Source: Octopus vulgaris
Taxonomy: Eukaryota
Reading direction: 5' to 3'
Length of the DNA stretch: 64,000 nt
Assembly: GCA_951406725.2 (NCBI GenBank)
Contig: OX597829.1
Location: 5,394,001-5,458,000 of the forward strand
The position numbers and the translations under genes were made by a program. The stretch's first letter is position 1. Each line of letters starts with the position of its first letter. Below, one piece after another: positions 13,142 through 32,620 of the stretch. The notes under the pieces were generated by a model. The model was not told where the DNA came from. It saw only the letters and a program-made list of their open reading frames with translations, and made no database searches.

Positions 13142-13789
13142 ATAAATTTTGTTAACACACACACATACACATTTTTACACAAGTCTTCTCTGAGGAGCAA
13201 TCAACAAACCATGAAACTGCTGGTTAGGAAACTCCCTGTCTCTATTTGCCATTCACTGAAAGCCTAGTAATTTTGAGTTTACATTATCATTTCATTCACA
13301 GTGAGATAATGTATTGCTCATATTTATTTTCATTTCCTTTTTCTAATCTAAGCAGATAAAATGGCTTTTGTTTAATAATTACAAGCTATCCAAAGCACAA
13401 ATATCTGTATGTGTGAGTGTGTGTATATGTGAGTGCATGTGTGTGTGTGTGTATATGTGTGAGTGCATGTATGTGTGTGTGTGTGTGCATGTGTGAGTGC
13501 ATGTATATGTGTGTATGTGTGTGTATGTGTGAATGTGTACATGTACATGTATGACTGCCAGATGAAACATGTGAACTGATCTTGATGTGTTTACACTGGT
13601 TCCAAGCAAGTCTTAGAATTCATACAAATTGTCATTTATTCGCAGTCCATTGCAATGCCATATATCAGTTCTTTGATATGCCATGATACGTTTGCAGTTA
13701 CTGCCAGCAGAAACGTCACTATTTGTACAAAAGAAAGCATGTCTGTCATTTGCAGTGTGCTAAAGTGAGGGTTTATTAACTTTTTTCCG

Positions 13790-14210
13790 TTCAGTTCAAT
13801 TCAATTTTTATTGGTTCAAAAAGCAAAAGCAAGGCCATGTAGGGGTACATGGAGTTATGTACAGGGAGGGTGTTCATGCGAAGAGTTCAGGCCATTTCTT
13901 GTCAAGAGAGACTTTGAACCGAGCGGTTGTCGGCATCTTCACTATCTCGTCCGGCAGCTTATTCCACGGATCCGCAACCCGGACGGAGAATGCCCCTCTC
14001 CTTCGATTGAGATGAAATCGTCGCAGATAGAGCTTTTCGGAGTGACCTCATAGCCGACGCTCTGGAGCAGGAGTGAAGAACAGCTCTTTCGAGAGGTTAC
14101 ACTTTCCGCTTATGATGTTGTGAGCGAGAATGAGATCACCACGGCGGCTGCATTTTTCTAGAGAATAAAGGTCAAGCGTCTTCAGCCTTTCTTTATATGA
14201 CAAATGCTTG
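13790..14210 (-). mobile_element. CR1-clade LINE 3' end
   Basis: ERLKTLDLYSLEK..RRGDLI...GHSEKL...FSVRVADPWNKLP; (TTGAA)-like tail. Confidence 0.88.
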
Positions 14211-14583
14211 AGACCAAGAACCATGTGGGTAGCCAGCTTCTGGACTCTTTCGAGATGATGTATGTCTTTGAGCAGGTGAGGGTTGGTTTCTGGAGGAACA
14301 TCTCACCATAGAAAATTCTTCCCCAATGAAATCTCATCTGACATATGGAAATATGGGAAGACATACGTTAGAACAGTGATGATGATACAAGCAGGCAGAA
14401 TAAGATAAAACACAGACACACAGACATTCACACACATGCACACACATGCACACAGACACACACACACACACATGCACATATGCATATACACACACACTTG
14501 CACACACACACATGCACACATACACACACATATATGCATATACATACATGTATTTGTGTATGTGTGTATGTTTATATATAAGT

Positions 14584-14650
<67 letters not shown>

Positions 14651-14723
14651 CACATATATACATATATATATATATGTATATAAACATATGTATATATATA
14701 AAGTATATAAACATGTATATATA

Positions 14724-14783
<60 letters not shown>

Positions 14784-15160
14784 CATATATATGTATATAT
14801 TCATACATACATACATGCATACATACCCTTTTATAGTGGGTTGTGTAATATGGAAGTCTGTTCCTAAAGTACTAGACTAGTGTTTGTTTAATATCATATT
14901 ATTTCGTAAAAGAGCTAGCAGTGTTAGTATACAGCTAGTGGTTTGAAGCAAGATTAGTTCAGATGTCTTGTAGAGTTTTCTTTGAATCAGGATACCTCAA
15001 GGAAAACAACAAATATACCATTTTATATTGAAAGTATTGAAAACTAGCACTAAGTTATTAAATGTTATATGCATATATATGTTTGCATAAATGTAGGTAT
15101 GTATGCATGCATCAATGTACATAAATATAAACATCATACATACATACATACATACATACA

Positions 15161-15243
<83 letters not shown>

Positions 15244-15422
15244 AGAACAAACTTACTTAGAAATGGATGCGTGTGGATGCATGCGTCATATAATAACAAA
15301 TTAATAAATAAAACATATGCATATATACATACATATATGTATATATACATGTAGAAGTAGGTACGTACATATATGTATGTATATATGCATATGTGTTATT
15401 TATTAATTTGTTATCATATATA

Positions 15423-15535
<113 letters not shown>

Positions 15536-15554
15536 TTATTATACATATGTATGT

Positions 15555-15900
15555 TGTCATCATCATCATCATCATCATCATTTAACATGCACTCTCCATG
15601 CTGGCATAGTTTAGGCAGTTTTACTAGAGCTGATGAGGTTCCAGTCTGATTGGGAGTGGTTTCTACAGCTGGGTGCCCTTCCTAATGCCAACCACTCCAA
15701 GAGTGTAATGGGTGCCATGTACATGGCACTGGCAACAACCATGACTACAATGTAGGGGTGCCATTTAAATGGCACCAACAGTTACCATGACTACAATTCA
15801 TGGTCATTTGCAATGACCACAGCGATTCACAGGTGTCATTTACAAGGCACCAGTAATGACCACAGCTAGGATGCACAAATTCCATTTACATGACACCAGT
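15555..15900 (-). mobile_element. Meta-like/RTE-tailed SINE with internal tandem amplification of a hairpin unit
   Basis: (CAT)n tail, ttctacagctgggtgcccttcctaatgccaacc core, then ~5 degenerate gtgccatttacatggcac units. Confidence 0.65.
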
Positions 15901-15984
15901 ACACCCCCCCCACACACACAGACACACACACACAGACACACACAGAGTTAGCGATTATAGTAACTGACCAAGGGATAAAATATC

Positions 15985-16196
15985 CTCTTTTACTTGTTTC
16001 AGTCATTTGATGCGGTCATACTGGAGCACTGCATTTAGTCGAGCAAATCGACCCTGGGACTTATTCTTTGTAAGCCTAGTACTTATTCTATTGGTCTCTT
16101 TTTGCTAAACCGCTAAGTTACGGGGACATAAACACACCATCATCGGTTGTCAAGCGATGTTAGGGGGGACAAAGACAGACACAATCATATACACAC

Positions 16197-16236
<40 letters not shown>

Positions 16237-16392
16237 GACGGGCTTCTTTCAGTTTCCGTCTATCAAATCCACTCACAAGGCTTTGGTCAGCCCGAGGCTA
16301 TAGTAGAAAACACTTGCCCAAACACAGTGCGAATGAATCCAGAACCATGTGGTTGGTAAGCAAGATACGTACCACGCAGCCACTCCTGCGCC
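15985..16392 (-). mobile_element. Full-length CORE-type tRNA SINE
   Basis: Aligns to 12731-13141. Confidence 0.9.
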
Positions 16393-16814
16393 TGTATATA
16401 TTATCAGTATCTGTTTCCTGTATTACCCCTGGGAAATGGTATGCAGGCATACCATGCACGTAGAGTATAGGTAACAACAGGATTAACAAGAGTTTGTCAG
16501 GAACCAATGCAAATAATGAGAAAATGGAGAAAACTATAGATTAACCAACACATCGATTGGACCACAACGTTTGTAGCTTATTTTTTAATACAAAGCATAA
16601 CATAACAAAATTGGTGGCGCAACATTATCATGCGGCCGTTGCTGACCGGATTGCCAAAATGCAGTCTTTAAAGTTCTTCATCTTCATGGGGCATTTGAAT
16701 TAAGGCAACGGATCTTCATTAGAGTGGAAAACAAGAGCATACAATATAAACAAATTGAAGAAGGAAAAGGAAAGAAAACATGGCTTCCTTTTGTTTATAT
16801 TGTATGTTCTTGGC

Positions 16815-18011
16815 TAGTGACTTCGAAGTGTGGATGTGCGTGTCTGTGCGTCTGTAATGTGTGGGCGTGTGGATGATGGTGTGTGGAGGGGAGTCAGATG
16901 AAGTGGAGGAGAGTTGAGCCCATGTGGCACAAAGGAGCCAAGAGAGAAGGTCAATTCCTATTTACAGCGAAGGTGGAAGTCCAGAAGGCCGCTATGCAAA
17001 GACAATTCGAACACAGATAGGTGTTGTAGTGAATGACTGGTAGAGCAGAAATGGCACAAGACCAGGGTGTCGTTGTCAAGTCTAATGTCTCGGAGGTGTT
17101 TCCGATTTGATTGATGTACAGAGAATGGCAGAAAGAGCAGGAGATGCAGTAAATGATGTTGCTATAAGTGCAAGTAAAGGAATCGGTGATATGATAAGGA
17201 CAATGATGGGTGCAGGTGAGGATGGTGGTGTTGGAGAGGTAGGGGCAAGTGCGGCAACGTGGATGGAAGCAGGGGAATGAGTTCCGGTTGGGAGGTGGGG
17301 TTAGGGAAGAAACTGTGGACCAGGAGGTCACACAGGTTGTGGGCTCATTTGAAAGAGGGAAGGGGTAGGTTGGGAAAGATGTGCGAGGTGGAGGGGAGTT
17401 GGACTAGAATCGACAGAAGCCTCGGAGAATGGTGCGTTGGAGGGGTGGTAGGTGAGGGGAAACGAGAGACGTGTAACAGCGGGGCGGGTGCAGGAAGAGA
17501 GAGAGAGAGAGAGAGAGAGCAGAGACACAGTCCACGGAACATGCTCTGGCAAGGGCTGTCCCAAGCCATTGAGACTGAGTCTCAAAGTTATGGTTGTCAC
17601 TTCAGATGGAGGAATTGGAAGTAGGGAATGTAGAGCTTGGTGTGTGTAGGGTGAGATGAGGAGAAGTTAAGGTATGAGTGTGAGTCGGTGTGTAGTGGAT
17701 GGAGGTAGAGAGCGCGGAGTGGTGTATGTTGACCGAAATGTTGAGATATGCGATGGAAGTGTTGGAAATAGTGCAGGAGAATTGGAGGGCAGGATGGAAA
17801 GATTTGACAAAAGAGAGGAAGTAGTCTAGTTGTTCGCGGGGAGCGAGGTCACACCAATACAGTCATCAATATAACGACCGTATAGTTCAGGAGTGGGACC
17901 AGTGAATAGTGAAAATATTTGGGCCTGAACGTAGCCAACGAACAGGTTGGTATATTTGAGGGCTATTCTCATTCCTATGGTCACTACCGAGACCTAATGG
18001 TAAAAATCCTC

Positions 18012-18015
<4 letters not shown>
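16815..18015 (-). mobile_element. 5'-truncated, decayed Penelope-like element (Neptune-like): RT C-half + Cys-rich linker + GIY-YIG
   Basis: [20 protein letters not shown]; FPC..PRCRTC; FTCTYSNIIYCISCSFCHSLYINQIG; LGSFVPHGLN. Confidence 0.9.
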
Positions 18016-18064
<49 letters not shown>

Positions 18065-18100
18065 TAAAGCTTCGTGCTGCATCTATTGGTAAAAATCCCC

Positions 18101-18148
<48 letters not shown>

Positions 18149-18402
18149 ACATTTTGACTTAGTTTTATATGAATTAAAGTTTCATGGGTATATAAAGCAG
18201 ATCAAACTCATCAGTTATCAGGCGGAGTTGACACCAATCCAAGATGATCTCTAGATTTTTGGGAGACTTCTGTTGATCAGCTCAGGTCATGTGGTGTTAA
18301 CGTTGTGAAAGCAACACTAACTCTTTTCTTTATTCTTACGTCCATGTGCTCGGACAAGATATTGACAAGTAGTTGTTGCCACTTTGATGCAGTGGTATAG
18401 AG

Positions 18403-18588
18403 CAGCGTTCCACAACCTTTTGACACTTGCTGTACACTTATATTCTTTACAAAATTCGGCAGTACACCTGAACTAAAAATATAACTAAAAGTATAGGGGG
18501 GAAAATTATATTCAGGCTACACTGTGGCACATCTAGCATCGTCTCGTGGCAGACCAGTGTGCCGCGGCGTACCGGTTGCGTAGTACAG
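18403..18588. mobile_element. Possible old hAT-type MITE
   Basis: cagcgttccacaacc ... gtgtgccgcggcgtaccggttgcgtagtacag; degenerate TIRs, TSD unclear. Confidence 0.35.
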
Positions 18589-20229
18589 GTACAGGTACAG
18601 AATATTTACATCAGTTTACTGTATTCGTTACCAAATATGGTAGGTTGAGTGTTGTCATGGGTCAGTAGTTCAGTCAATGTTCGGTGGAGTATTAGTACAT
18701 TAGCAGCAGCAGCAGCAGCAGCAGTGTTTGTGTGGGGTTAATCAGATTCGGTGGGTGCTAAGTTAAAACTGAAGTTGAATGATCAACTTGGGTGGAGCTG
18801 TAATCTAAACAGGTGGCACAGATTATATACCCTGTCCCTTGTTTAGGCAGCCAGGCCATATTTGGATTTTCAGCGGTTAGTGGACTGAAGTTCATTAACA
18901 GAGCATGCCCATCTCTCAATCACACTACAAGTCATTATCAGTCGTCCTTCATTATTATTTATCTTTCTACCACTCATTTTTTTATCACTCATCCTCTATT
19001 CTACTTATTAAACCATCCTGCTGATTTTATTTAGGATAGCCATTCCTATATATGTTACTAGACATGTCTCTTTGACATTCATCTTTGTGTTTTGTCTTTT
19101 GCCCATCATTGAGTCTTTATATAAAGCGATGGCATCAGATTTGCTTCTACCATATACACTCTGTCATTATTTTCTCTCTATTACAGGTCGTTCTCTCTCA
19201 CTCTTGAGCCATTTGTTATTGATATCATTCTCACAATTTATCCACATTTTTATTATCCATGGTGAAGGCAGGTGGCCCAGTGGTTAGGTTGTTGTACTCA
19301 TAACCACAAAACCATTGTTTCAATTCCCAGACTGGGCAGTACATTGTGTTCTTGAACTAAAACACTTCATTTCACATCGCTGTCAAATAAATGTGACAAA
19401 CTGGCATCTCGTTCAGGAAGATATGTTGCTACCTCAATCACTGATACGTCATGGAAACCAGGTATCTGACTCTATGAGTCCAAGGACTCAAGACAGTAAA
19501 GTCTAGTCTAATGTCCATACCTCTGTCTTCTCCTCTATCACCCTCTCATACTAATCATTTTTATTTCTACTATTACATACTTTCTCCCTTCACCCACCCA
19601 AATGGCTCTTCTGTTATCGCTCTTTCATCCACTTCCTATGTCACCTACTCCTGAGTGATCAAGAAACACAGAGTAGTGAGTGAGGTTCTTTAATATTAAG
19701 GAGTACTGCACATTGCGATATGCATTATTACCTCAATGAAATGCATCCCACGCATTGTAAAGTGGTTGGTGAATGAGTGAAAAAAGAACAAACATGAAAA
19801 TGAGAGTTACTTTAATCTTGTCGAGGGCATGATGATCTTTCAAGTTCTTAGGAGGTATAAGGCAACCCCATTTTTGTCAGTATCACAATAATGTCCTGAG
19901 TGCACTTTGTGAAGTGATTAGTGAATGGTTGTAGAAAGCATGAAGATGGGAGATCCACTCATTTTGATGATGAAATAATGATTTAAGTGCTGGTGCCTTA
20001 ATAAAGTGGTTGGTGATCGTAGGTACATTTAGCTATGGAACGTAAGTAAAAAAAATGCGACATGCAAAGACATGGAACACAAACCTATCTAGGAGGTGAA
20101 TAAGAACTGACTTGGATTTTGAGAACCCACTGAGTTCATGCCAGCATGGAAAGCAGGCATATACAAATGATGATAATGATGATGATGATGATGATGACGA
20201 CGACAACGACGACGACGATGATGATGATA

Positions 20230-20420
20230 AGTAATTGGTGCGCTTCGCACAACACTCAAAATGCAGCCGAAAAGATTCAAAGAAACTGGAATTGAAAGTT
20301 CCATTGTCGACTTGCAGAAATGTACCAGCCTATATGTGGCAAGAATCTTAAGGAAGATCCTTAAGTTTTTAGGAGACTTGTTGTTATCAAACCTCAAAAT
20401 AAAATACCTACTAAGAAAAT
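20230..20420 (+). mobile_element. 3' fragment of R4/Dong-like RLE non-LTR element
   Basis: VIGAL.TT...LQKCTSL..ARILRKIL; aligns to 23268-23450. Confidence 0.8.
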
Positions 20421-20499
20421 TTGCAGGCACTAGCATAGGGCAGCGAGAAACTTATGATTGGCACTGGGTGTTAAGTATTTTCCACGATACTTAACATCT

Positions 20500-25183
<4,684 letters not shown>

Positions 25184-25228
25184 TAATAATAATAATAATA
25201 ACAATAATAATAATAATTATTATTATTA

Positions 25229-25696
<468 letters not shown>

Positions 25697-25717
25697 TAAT
25701 AATAATAATAATAATAA

Positions 25718-26271
25718 ATGCCCTGATGTAGTACCAGGCAGTGGCTCTCATGGCTTCTGATCTTAACTGATTGGAAGTGTTATCATGTACATTGTTTTGT
25801 CTTGGTATAAAAGATGGGTTACAGCAAATATTCTTCTCAATACCACAGATCTACATGTCAGTTGTTTGACCTTAACCAGTTGAGCATGTCCCTTAGTGGC
25901 TGACGATATGTGCATCACTGATCACGAGCAGAAGTAGTGGAGGAGCATCATAGCCTTGTGTTGAGAGGGATTCTTTGGGGTTTGAATAATTCATTTCTGG
26001 AAACATGGGTGTTTCGTTCAACATCCTTAAACAACCCTTATTCAGGGACCTTTTGAGCGGGATGGGCTACACGACCTGAAGAAAATTCTAACTGGGCCCC
26101 CACCTGCAAGGTCATGTGCTGTTTATCTTGATATGAAATCATGTGGCGCACATATGGTTGTGATGTATGTGCCTAGTGTACCCTTATCAGACGGGTAGTC
26201 ATGATGAGTATACTGGGCTTCGTATGTTTTACCCCAGTGTCACTTTGATGGCATGCACTGCTCTCTTACTC
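25718..26271. mobile_element. Unclassified ~550 bp non-coding insert bounded by (AAT)n tracts
   Basis: Discrete complex sequence between two long (AAT)n arrays; no recognisable ORF. Confidence 0.5.
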
Positions 26272-26350
<79 letters not shown>

Positions 26351-26371
26351 TTAATAATGATAATAATAATG

Positions 26372-26449
<78 letters not shown>

Positions 26450-26458
26450 TTAATAATG

Positions 26459-26537
<79 letters not shown>

Positions 26538-28532
26538 TCTGGAAATGGGGTAGGAGCATGGGGAATGGAGGGTTTCATTAGTCTTTTTTTATATTTAATT
26601 TAGAAAAGCCTTCATAAATCTATCAACATTTCTAGATGTTTTAAGCTGATCTTCTAAATGTGATTGTTAGACACATTTCTTTTATTGTCACAATTATTTT
26701 TTTATTTATTTTTCTTTGTGGTGGGCACCAAGAGTCATGGGAATGATAAAGTCATCATTGCAGAATTTAAGATTTAACCTTTAACTCCAAGTTGCCTTTG
26801 GCAAACAGTAATTGATCTTCGTTATTTACCACAGTACTGTGTCTGCTGCGTTTTAATCTCCGTTTGTATTTTGCTATTAATAAACTTTTTGCTCTTATAC
26901 ATAAACGCGTGGGTATATATATATATATATATATATATACATGCAGCACAAGAAATACATGTATTTATATGTAAATGTGTATATGCGTACGTGCGGGCGC
27001 GTGTGTGTGTCTACCAGTGTGAATCATATGCGATGCCCACATAATTTGTTGTCTTTGTTTTTTTTCTTTTTCTTTTTCTTTTTTTTTTTTTTTTGTTAAC
27101 GGTGGGAAAAATCAGGTTCTCTTTCTAAGTCACAAAAGTGTAGATCTGAACCTGAAGCATGTTGTTATGCTAAGCATGTCCCACTCCGCTTTCTGTTTGC
27201 TCATAAGAACAACTACATTCACTAAGCCATATTTTTTCCTTTCGTAGTCTCTAACAGCAATTCTTTGTTACAATACTGCGCTGAAAGCGTTTGAAATTAA
27301 TGGATTTTATCCCCTGATACACATTCAACTTGCTGCAAACACGTGACTTAATTATGCTTTTTTTTCTGAAGCAAACAAAAAACAATAGTACTTATGGTCA
27401 ACATGGATGGTTACAAAAGTTATACTTGACATAATATTCGACGCCTCTGCTCTCCCAGTGGAGCATTTGTCAAATGTGCAAACTGTGACGGATGTGGTCA
27501 GCATTTGTGGACGACGTGATGTAATCGTTGGTCGGAGACGACTCAACCCACCCAGGCTGAATGCTACCGCAAGAAGTACATGTATGTATTTACGTATATC
27601 CGTACACACGCGCGTATGTATTTATGTATGATTGTATGTATGCACGTATTGCATATATACGTAAGAATGCATATATGTAAGAACGTGTGTATGTATGTAT
27701 GCATGTATGTATGTATATATGTATGTATGTATGTACGTACGAATGTATGTATGTATATGTATGTATGTATGTATGCATGTATGTATGTATGTTTGTATGT
27801 ATGTATGTATAGATGGATGGATGTTGGGTGTAAAGACGTGTAATATTATTAGCTAAGTTAGGTGTAGTAGAATACGCAACGTTAACTGTATGGCTATTAA
27901 AGAATTACTATACTAACTAGAGGGGGAAATGCTCGTAAACGTTTCTGCTACTTAATTGTCTTCATTATATAAAATCTTCTCTACATCACGTTTTTCTCTT
28001 CATATGTTCAACCTCTCATTAATGACACTTCCAAGAAAATAGTAGTAAACTGTTTCAATGCTATCTCTTAGTTTATTTATTTCTCCATTAATATATAATC
28101 TTTATTCCTTTATAGACCTGAGCTCGAAGCTATGGTCATGCAGAGATATCACCATTATATGAATACAATGAATACAATGAATCTATAGATCTCCAAATAT
28201 GTCAGACGTTTTTCACCAAATCTGACGAATGGTTATGAAGATGATATTGTCTTCATAATCCCTACACCTGGATGTTTCTCTGATAGAATGGAAAGTTACT
28301 GTTTTATTTATTATGATAATCTTATAAGCCGCTCTCCTTTTCATTGTCCTTATTTAATCAATTTGGCCCTGTACGCTTGTACTGCACCCATGACGTGATT
28401 GTTGGTTGAAAATTTCATTTGATATTTTTTTTTCTACTTCAGGCAAAAGGTCCAGAGTAGAAAAGAAATTATTAACTGTGTATAATTCACAAAGTGCACA
28501 CAGAAACACAAGGACAAAGACAAAGACACACA

Positions 28533-28601
<69 letters not shown>

Positions 28602-28654
28602 TCCTTCACTCACTTCACTCACTCACATATATGTATGTAGATGTATGTATGTAC

Positions 28655-28692
<38 letters not shown>

Positions 28693-28761
28693 ACACACAT
28701 ACACACACATATATATAAATACATATATATATATAGACAGAGAGAGAGAGAGTGGGGATTA

Positions 28762-28792
<31 letters not shown>

Positions 28793-28830
28793 AAGATAGA
28801 TAGATTGATTGATTGATAGATAGATAGATG

Positions 28831-28902
<72 letters not shown>

Positions 28903-28915
28903 AATAGATAGATAT

Positions 28916-30541
28916 GTTTCTTTATTGTTTACTCAGGTTGAACACCGAGGAGACAAAATACAAAGTAGTGTTTTTATTTTTGGGAAGAAGAAAAAAGTGG
29001 TGGGTAGAATTTCGATCAAAATGGATCGTGGAGAAAAAAAACTGATCAATAGGGATCATAATGTAAAAAGGGGAAACAGATTAGGTTTATCCGTGGAAAG
29101 AAAAGCCTACATAAAAGACCACGGTAACCTTGGGCAATAATGTAATGATAAAAACACATTACAGTGACTTTCTTTTGTCTTTTCTTGTTTTGGTTCATAG
29201 GATTATGCTCAAGCTGGCTCCGTCATTCACACGTGCCATCCTTGCTACATTCACCCATCTTTTTTTGAAACATTCGCTAGACAAAACTTGCCTCTCTACT
29301 CTCACCTTCCTCTTCAAATTATACTTGAAGAAGTTGATGAGAAATCGACCAGAGAGGAAAGTGTTTGTCTCCAATCCTTTCAGGCACGTACACCAGATAC
29401 ATTCTTTCGCCATAGCCACAAGTACGATGAAAATGGCTCTTTCTTCCCGTTTCAAGGAAGGAGGCGCAACAATATTCACGATAGACTCGGTTGATAAACC
29501 GACTCGTCCCACACGCGATAGCAGTCGTTCGACATAGGCCCACAGGTCGGAAATGGTTGGACACTGTACGAGCGCGTGCAGAACGGTTTCGTCGCTCTCG
29601 GGCAGGTCGGCCTCGTGTTTCTCGAGCCAGGCCTGTAGAGCCTATCTCGAACGAGTAGCGCTTTTCGATGGCACTGTCAGGCCAGGGATCTCAGGAAGTT
29701 GTCCATGGGTCCCGGGCCAAAAGTCGTCTTGAACAGGCGGGTCAGGTATTCCTCGTCGACGCCCAGGTTCGCCCCGAGCTCGTCGTCGTACCTCCCCTCC
29801 ACTAATCCCCTATAGAATGCTTTGGTTGTGTTGAAGTCGCTCAAGGTCGACCCTGGATGGCAGAGTTGCTCGAGAGCAACGCGACACTTGCGGTACCATT
29901 CGCCCTTTCTCGGCCTCTTTTTGATCCATGACTGCAGTTCGGTCATAGAGACGAGTTGCGGGAAAACGTGCCTCACAAACGGTGACCACACCTGTTCACC
30001 GTCGTCTACGTAGAGCTGAAGATGTCGCACTCTCAGCGCGTGTCTGCGCATCATCAACCACGGCATGCCCAGCCCTCATTTCAGCGGGTGTTGACAGCAA
30101 ACGGATTGCTTGACCATCGGAACGCTTCCCTTTCACAAGAAGCGGAAGAGAATGCGTTGTAGTTTGGTAATGGTAGGGTCGGGACAAGGCACGACGGTCA
30201 GGCGGTAGTAGATGACGGACGCGATGTACGTGTTCGCCACCTACGCTCGACCTTTTAGGGACGGCTTCCTCTCCGCCCATTACCGGTCGAGCGTGACCAT
30301 CGTTATCTCGTTCTAGTTCTTCTCCATTTGGAGGTCCGGACCAAACCAGACCCCGGTCCAACGTCTCACGACGGAGGCGCTGGTGGGCGACATGGGCTTG
30401 CTTCTCCAGGTGCCGAGTAGCAAGTCCACTGACTTTTCCAGGTTGATTTTCGCTCCTGTTACCGCTTCGTAGTCATTCAGTGTCTTGCCGACCAGCTCGA
30501 TGTGCTTCTGGCTGGACACTATGACGGTGACGTCGACCGCG
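28916..30541 (-). mobile_element. 5'-truncated Tx1/L1-clade LINE (RT C-terminus, Zn motif, 3' UTR)
   Basis: DVTVIV, YEAVTGAKINLEKS, GVWFGPDL, GMPWL..RRHALR, ETVLHALVQC; related to 3985-6850; sits within (GATA)n. Confidence 0.92.
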
Positions 30542-30590
30542 TAGCTAGCTAGCTAGATAGATAGACAGACAGACAGACACACAGACAGAC

Positions 30591-30703
<113 letters not shown>

Positions 30704-31281
30704 TCAGTTTTCTATGTCATTTAAATAAAGTTCTCTAAAAACTTCCATTCATAAATTAATGGTGAAATGTTTAGGTTTCGGAATCAAACTTTCTCACACG
30801 TTTTAACATTTCTGTATATGTGCGTGAGTGCGTTTGTGTGCGTGTCTGTATGTTTACATGAGTGTGAGTAATATATTTTGCCTGATTTAACTAAGTCGAG
30901 GCCAGTGTTAGGTCTACAGTTAAGTTTTTAGCATTTTAGAAGGGCATATAGATGTCAAAGAAATGTTTTCAATGAAACAGACAGGGGCGAATTTATCAGT
31001 TGTCTGTGATTTTATCTCTGTAAATATTTTAAGGGGCAATATATGATGAAACTAAACTTTTTTGATGGGACTTGAAACATTCATCTTGATCAACCAACTG
31101 GGAAATATCTCCCATTGGCTTCTTGTCTCTTGGAATCTAGAATTCTATGAATCTTTCTTCTCTGTTTTCCTTTCCCTCATCCTCACTCTCATTGTGTAAA
31201 CATACATTCAAATGTATATGGTGGATATATACATATACATGTGTGCATGTATGCGGGTGTGTATGTGTGTACACACACAAG

Positions 31282-31316
<35 letters not shown>

Positions 31317-31412
31317 GTATATATATATTCATAGTTTGGTAAATGTACTTTGATGAAAAGGCACACATAATGCACACACACATACACACATATGTATGTA
31401 TTAAATAAATGC

Positions 31413-31461
<49 letters not shown>

Positions 31462-31488
31462 CACACACACATATATATATATATATAT

Positions 31489-31550
<62 letters not shown>

Positions 31551-31718
31551 AATATTAATTATAAATTTGGATTTATTCCCTAATATTTATTATTATATAT
31601 ATATGTATATATATAATATATGTACATTGATGAAAGCACACATAATGCACATCCACTGTCACACTCACACATACTAGGTATATATGAAGTAAATAAACGT
31701 ATATATATATGTACATAC

Positions 31719-31753
<35 letters not shown>

Positions 31754-31869
31754 AAGTTTAATATAACATGGCTGCCCTTCCAGGTCAGCCATGTTACATT
31801 GGCAATTAAATTTTACTTTAAAGAATGCTACTGTATCTCTCTCTCTCTCTCTGAGAGATTTAGAAATAA

Positions 31870-31908
<39 letters not shown>

Positions 31909-32383
31909 GGATAAGAGCGTTATTTAAAATAGCGGCCATATCGAGTGGCCAGCATGGGAATTAAACTTTATAGGCAATAATTATTAATGAAATAATAATT
32001 TTAATCGCGATCTGAGATTATGCATTAATCTTTTGCTAGTTAATTTGTTCTTTTATCTTTTCACCTGTGCTGCATGAATACGTGATGTTGCTTTAGAATC
32101 AGGTTTTGAATTCTATATCTAGCATGGTCGTATCCTTTTTGATACCCAAAACTTATAATCATAACATAATAAACTGACAGTTACTGCTATCACTAATGTT
32201 TTTAAACCAGTCAAAAACAAACGAACTGTTATTCCATAAATGCAGATGTATAACGTGCAGAATGGAATCTAAGATATTCTAACTAATTATCCCTATTTCG
32301 GTTTTAGCCGTATTAAGGACCCTATATTTAGAATATCCCCTAAAACTGGTTTTGTAGTCCCCCACTCTCACTCTCTATTTGTG

Positions 32384-32445
<62 letters not shown>

Positions 32446-32475
32446 TACATACATATATATAAATATATATGTATA

Positions 32476-32594
32476 TCACGTGATCATGTGACCGACCAGG
32501 CTATCAGATGTTGCTATACATCGCTGGTCACAATGCGCTTCGCATTGTTTTAACCTTCGAAGGACGCCACCCCGCTGGCTAAGCGAGCAGGCCA
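32476..32594 (-). mobile_element. 3' fragment of the tRNA SINE family at 48851-49163
   Basis: Aligns to 49040-49163; another copy at 35010-35129 (+). Confidence 0.85.
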
Positions 32595-32620
32595 ATATAT
32601 ATATAATATATATACATTCA

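Noticed and set aside
15711-15900. CRISPR-like array
   Set aside because: Eukaryotic context, homologous spacers, degenerate repeats, no cas genes.
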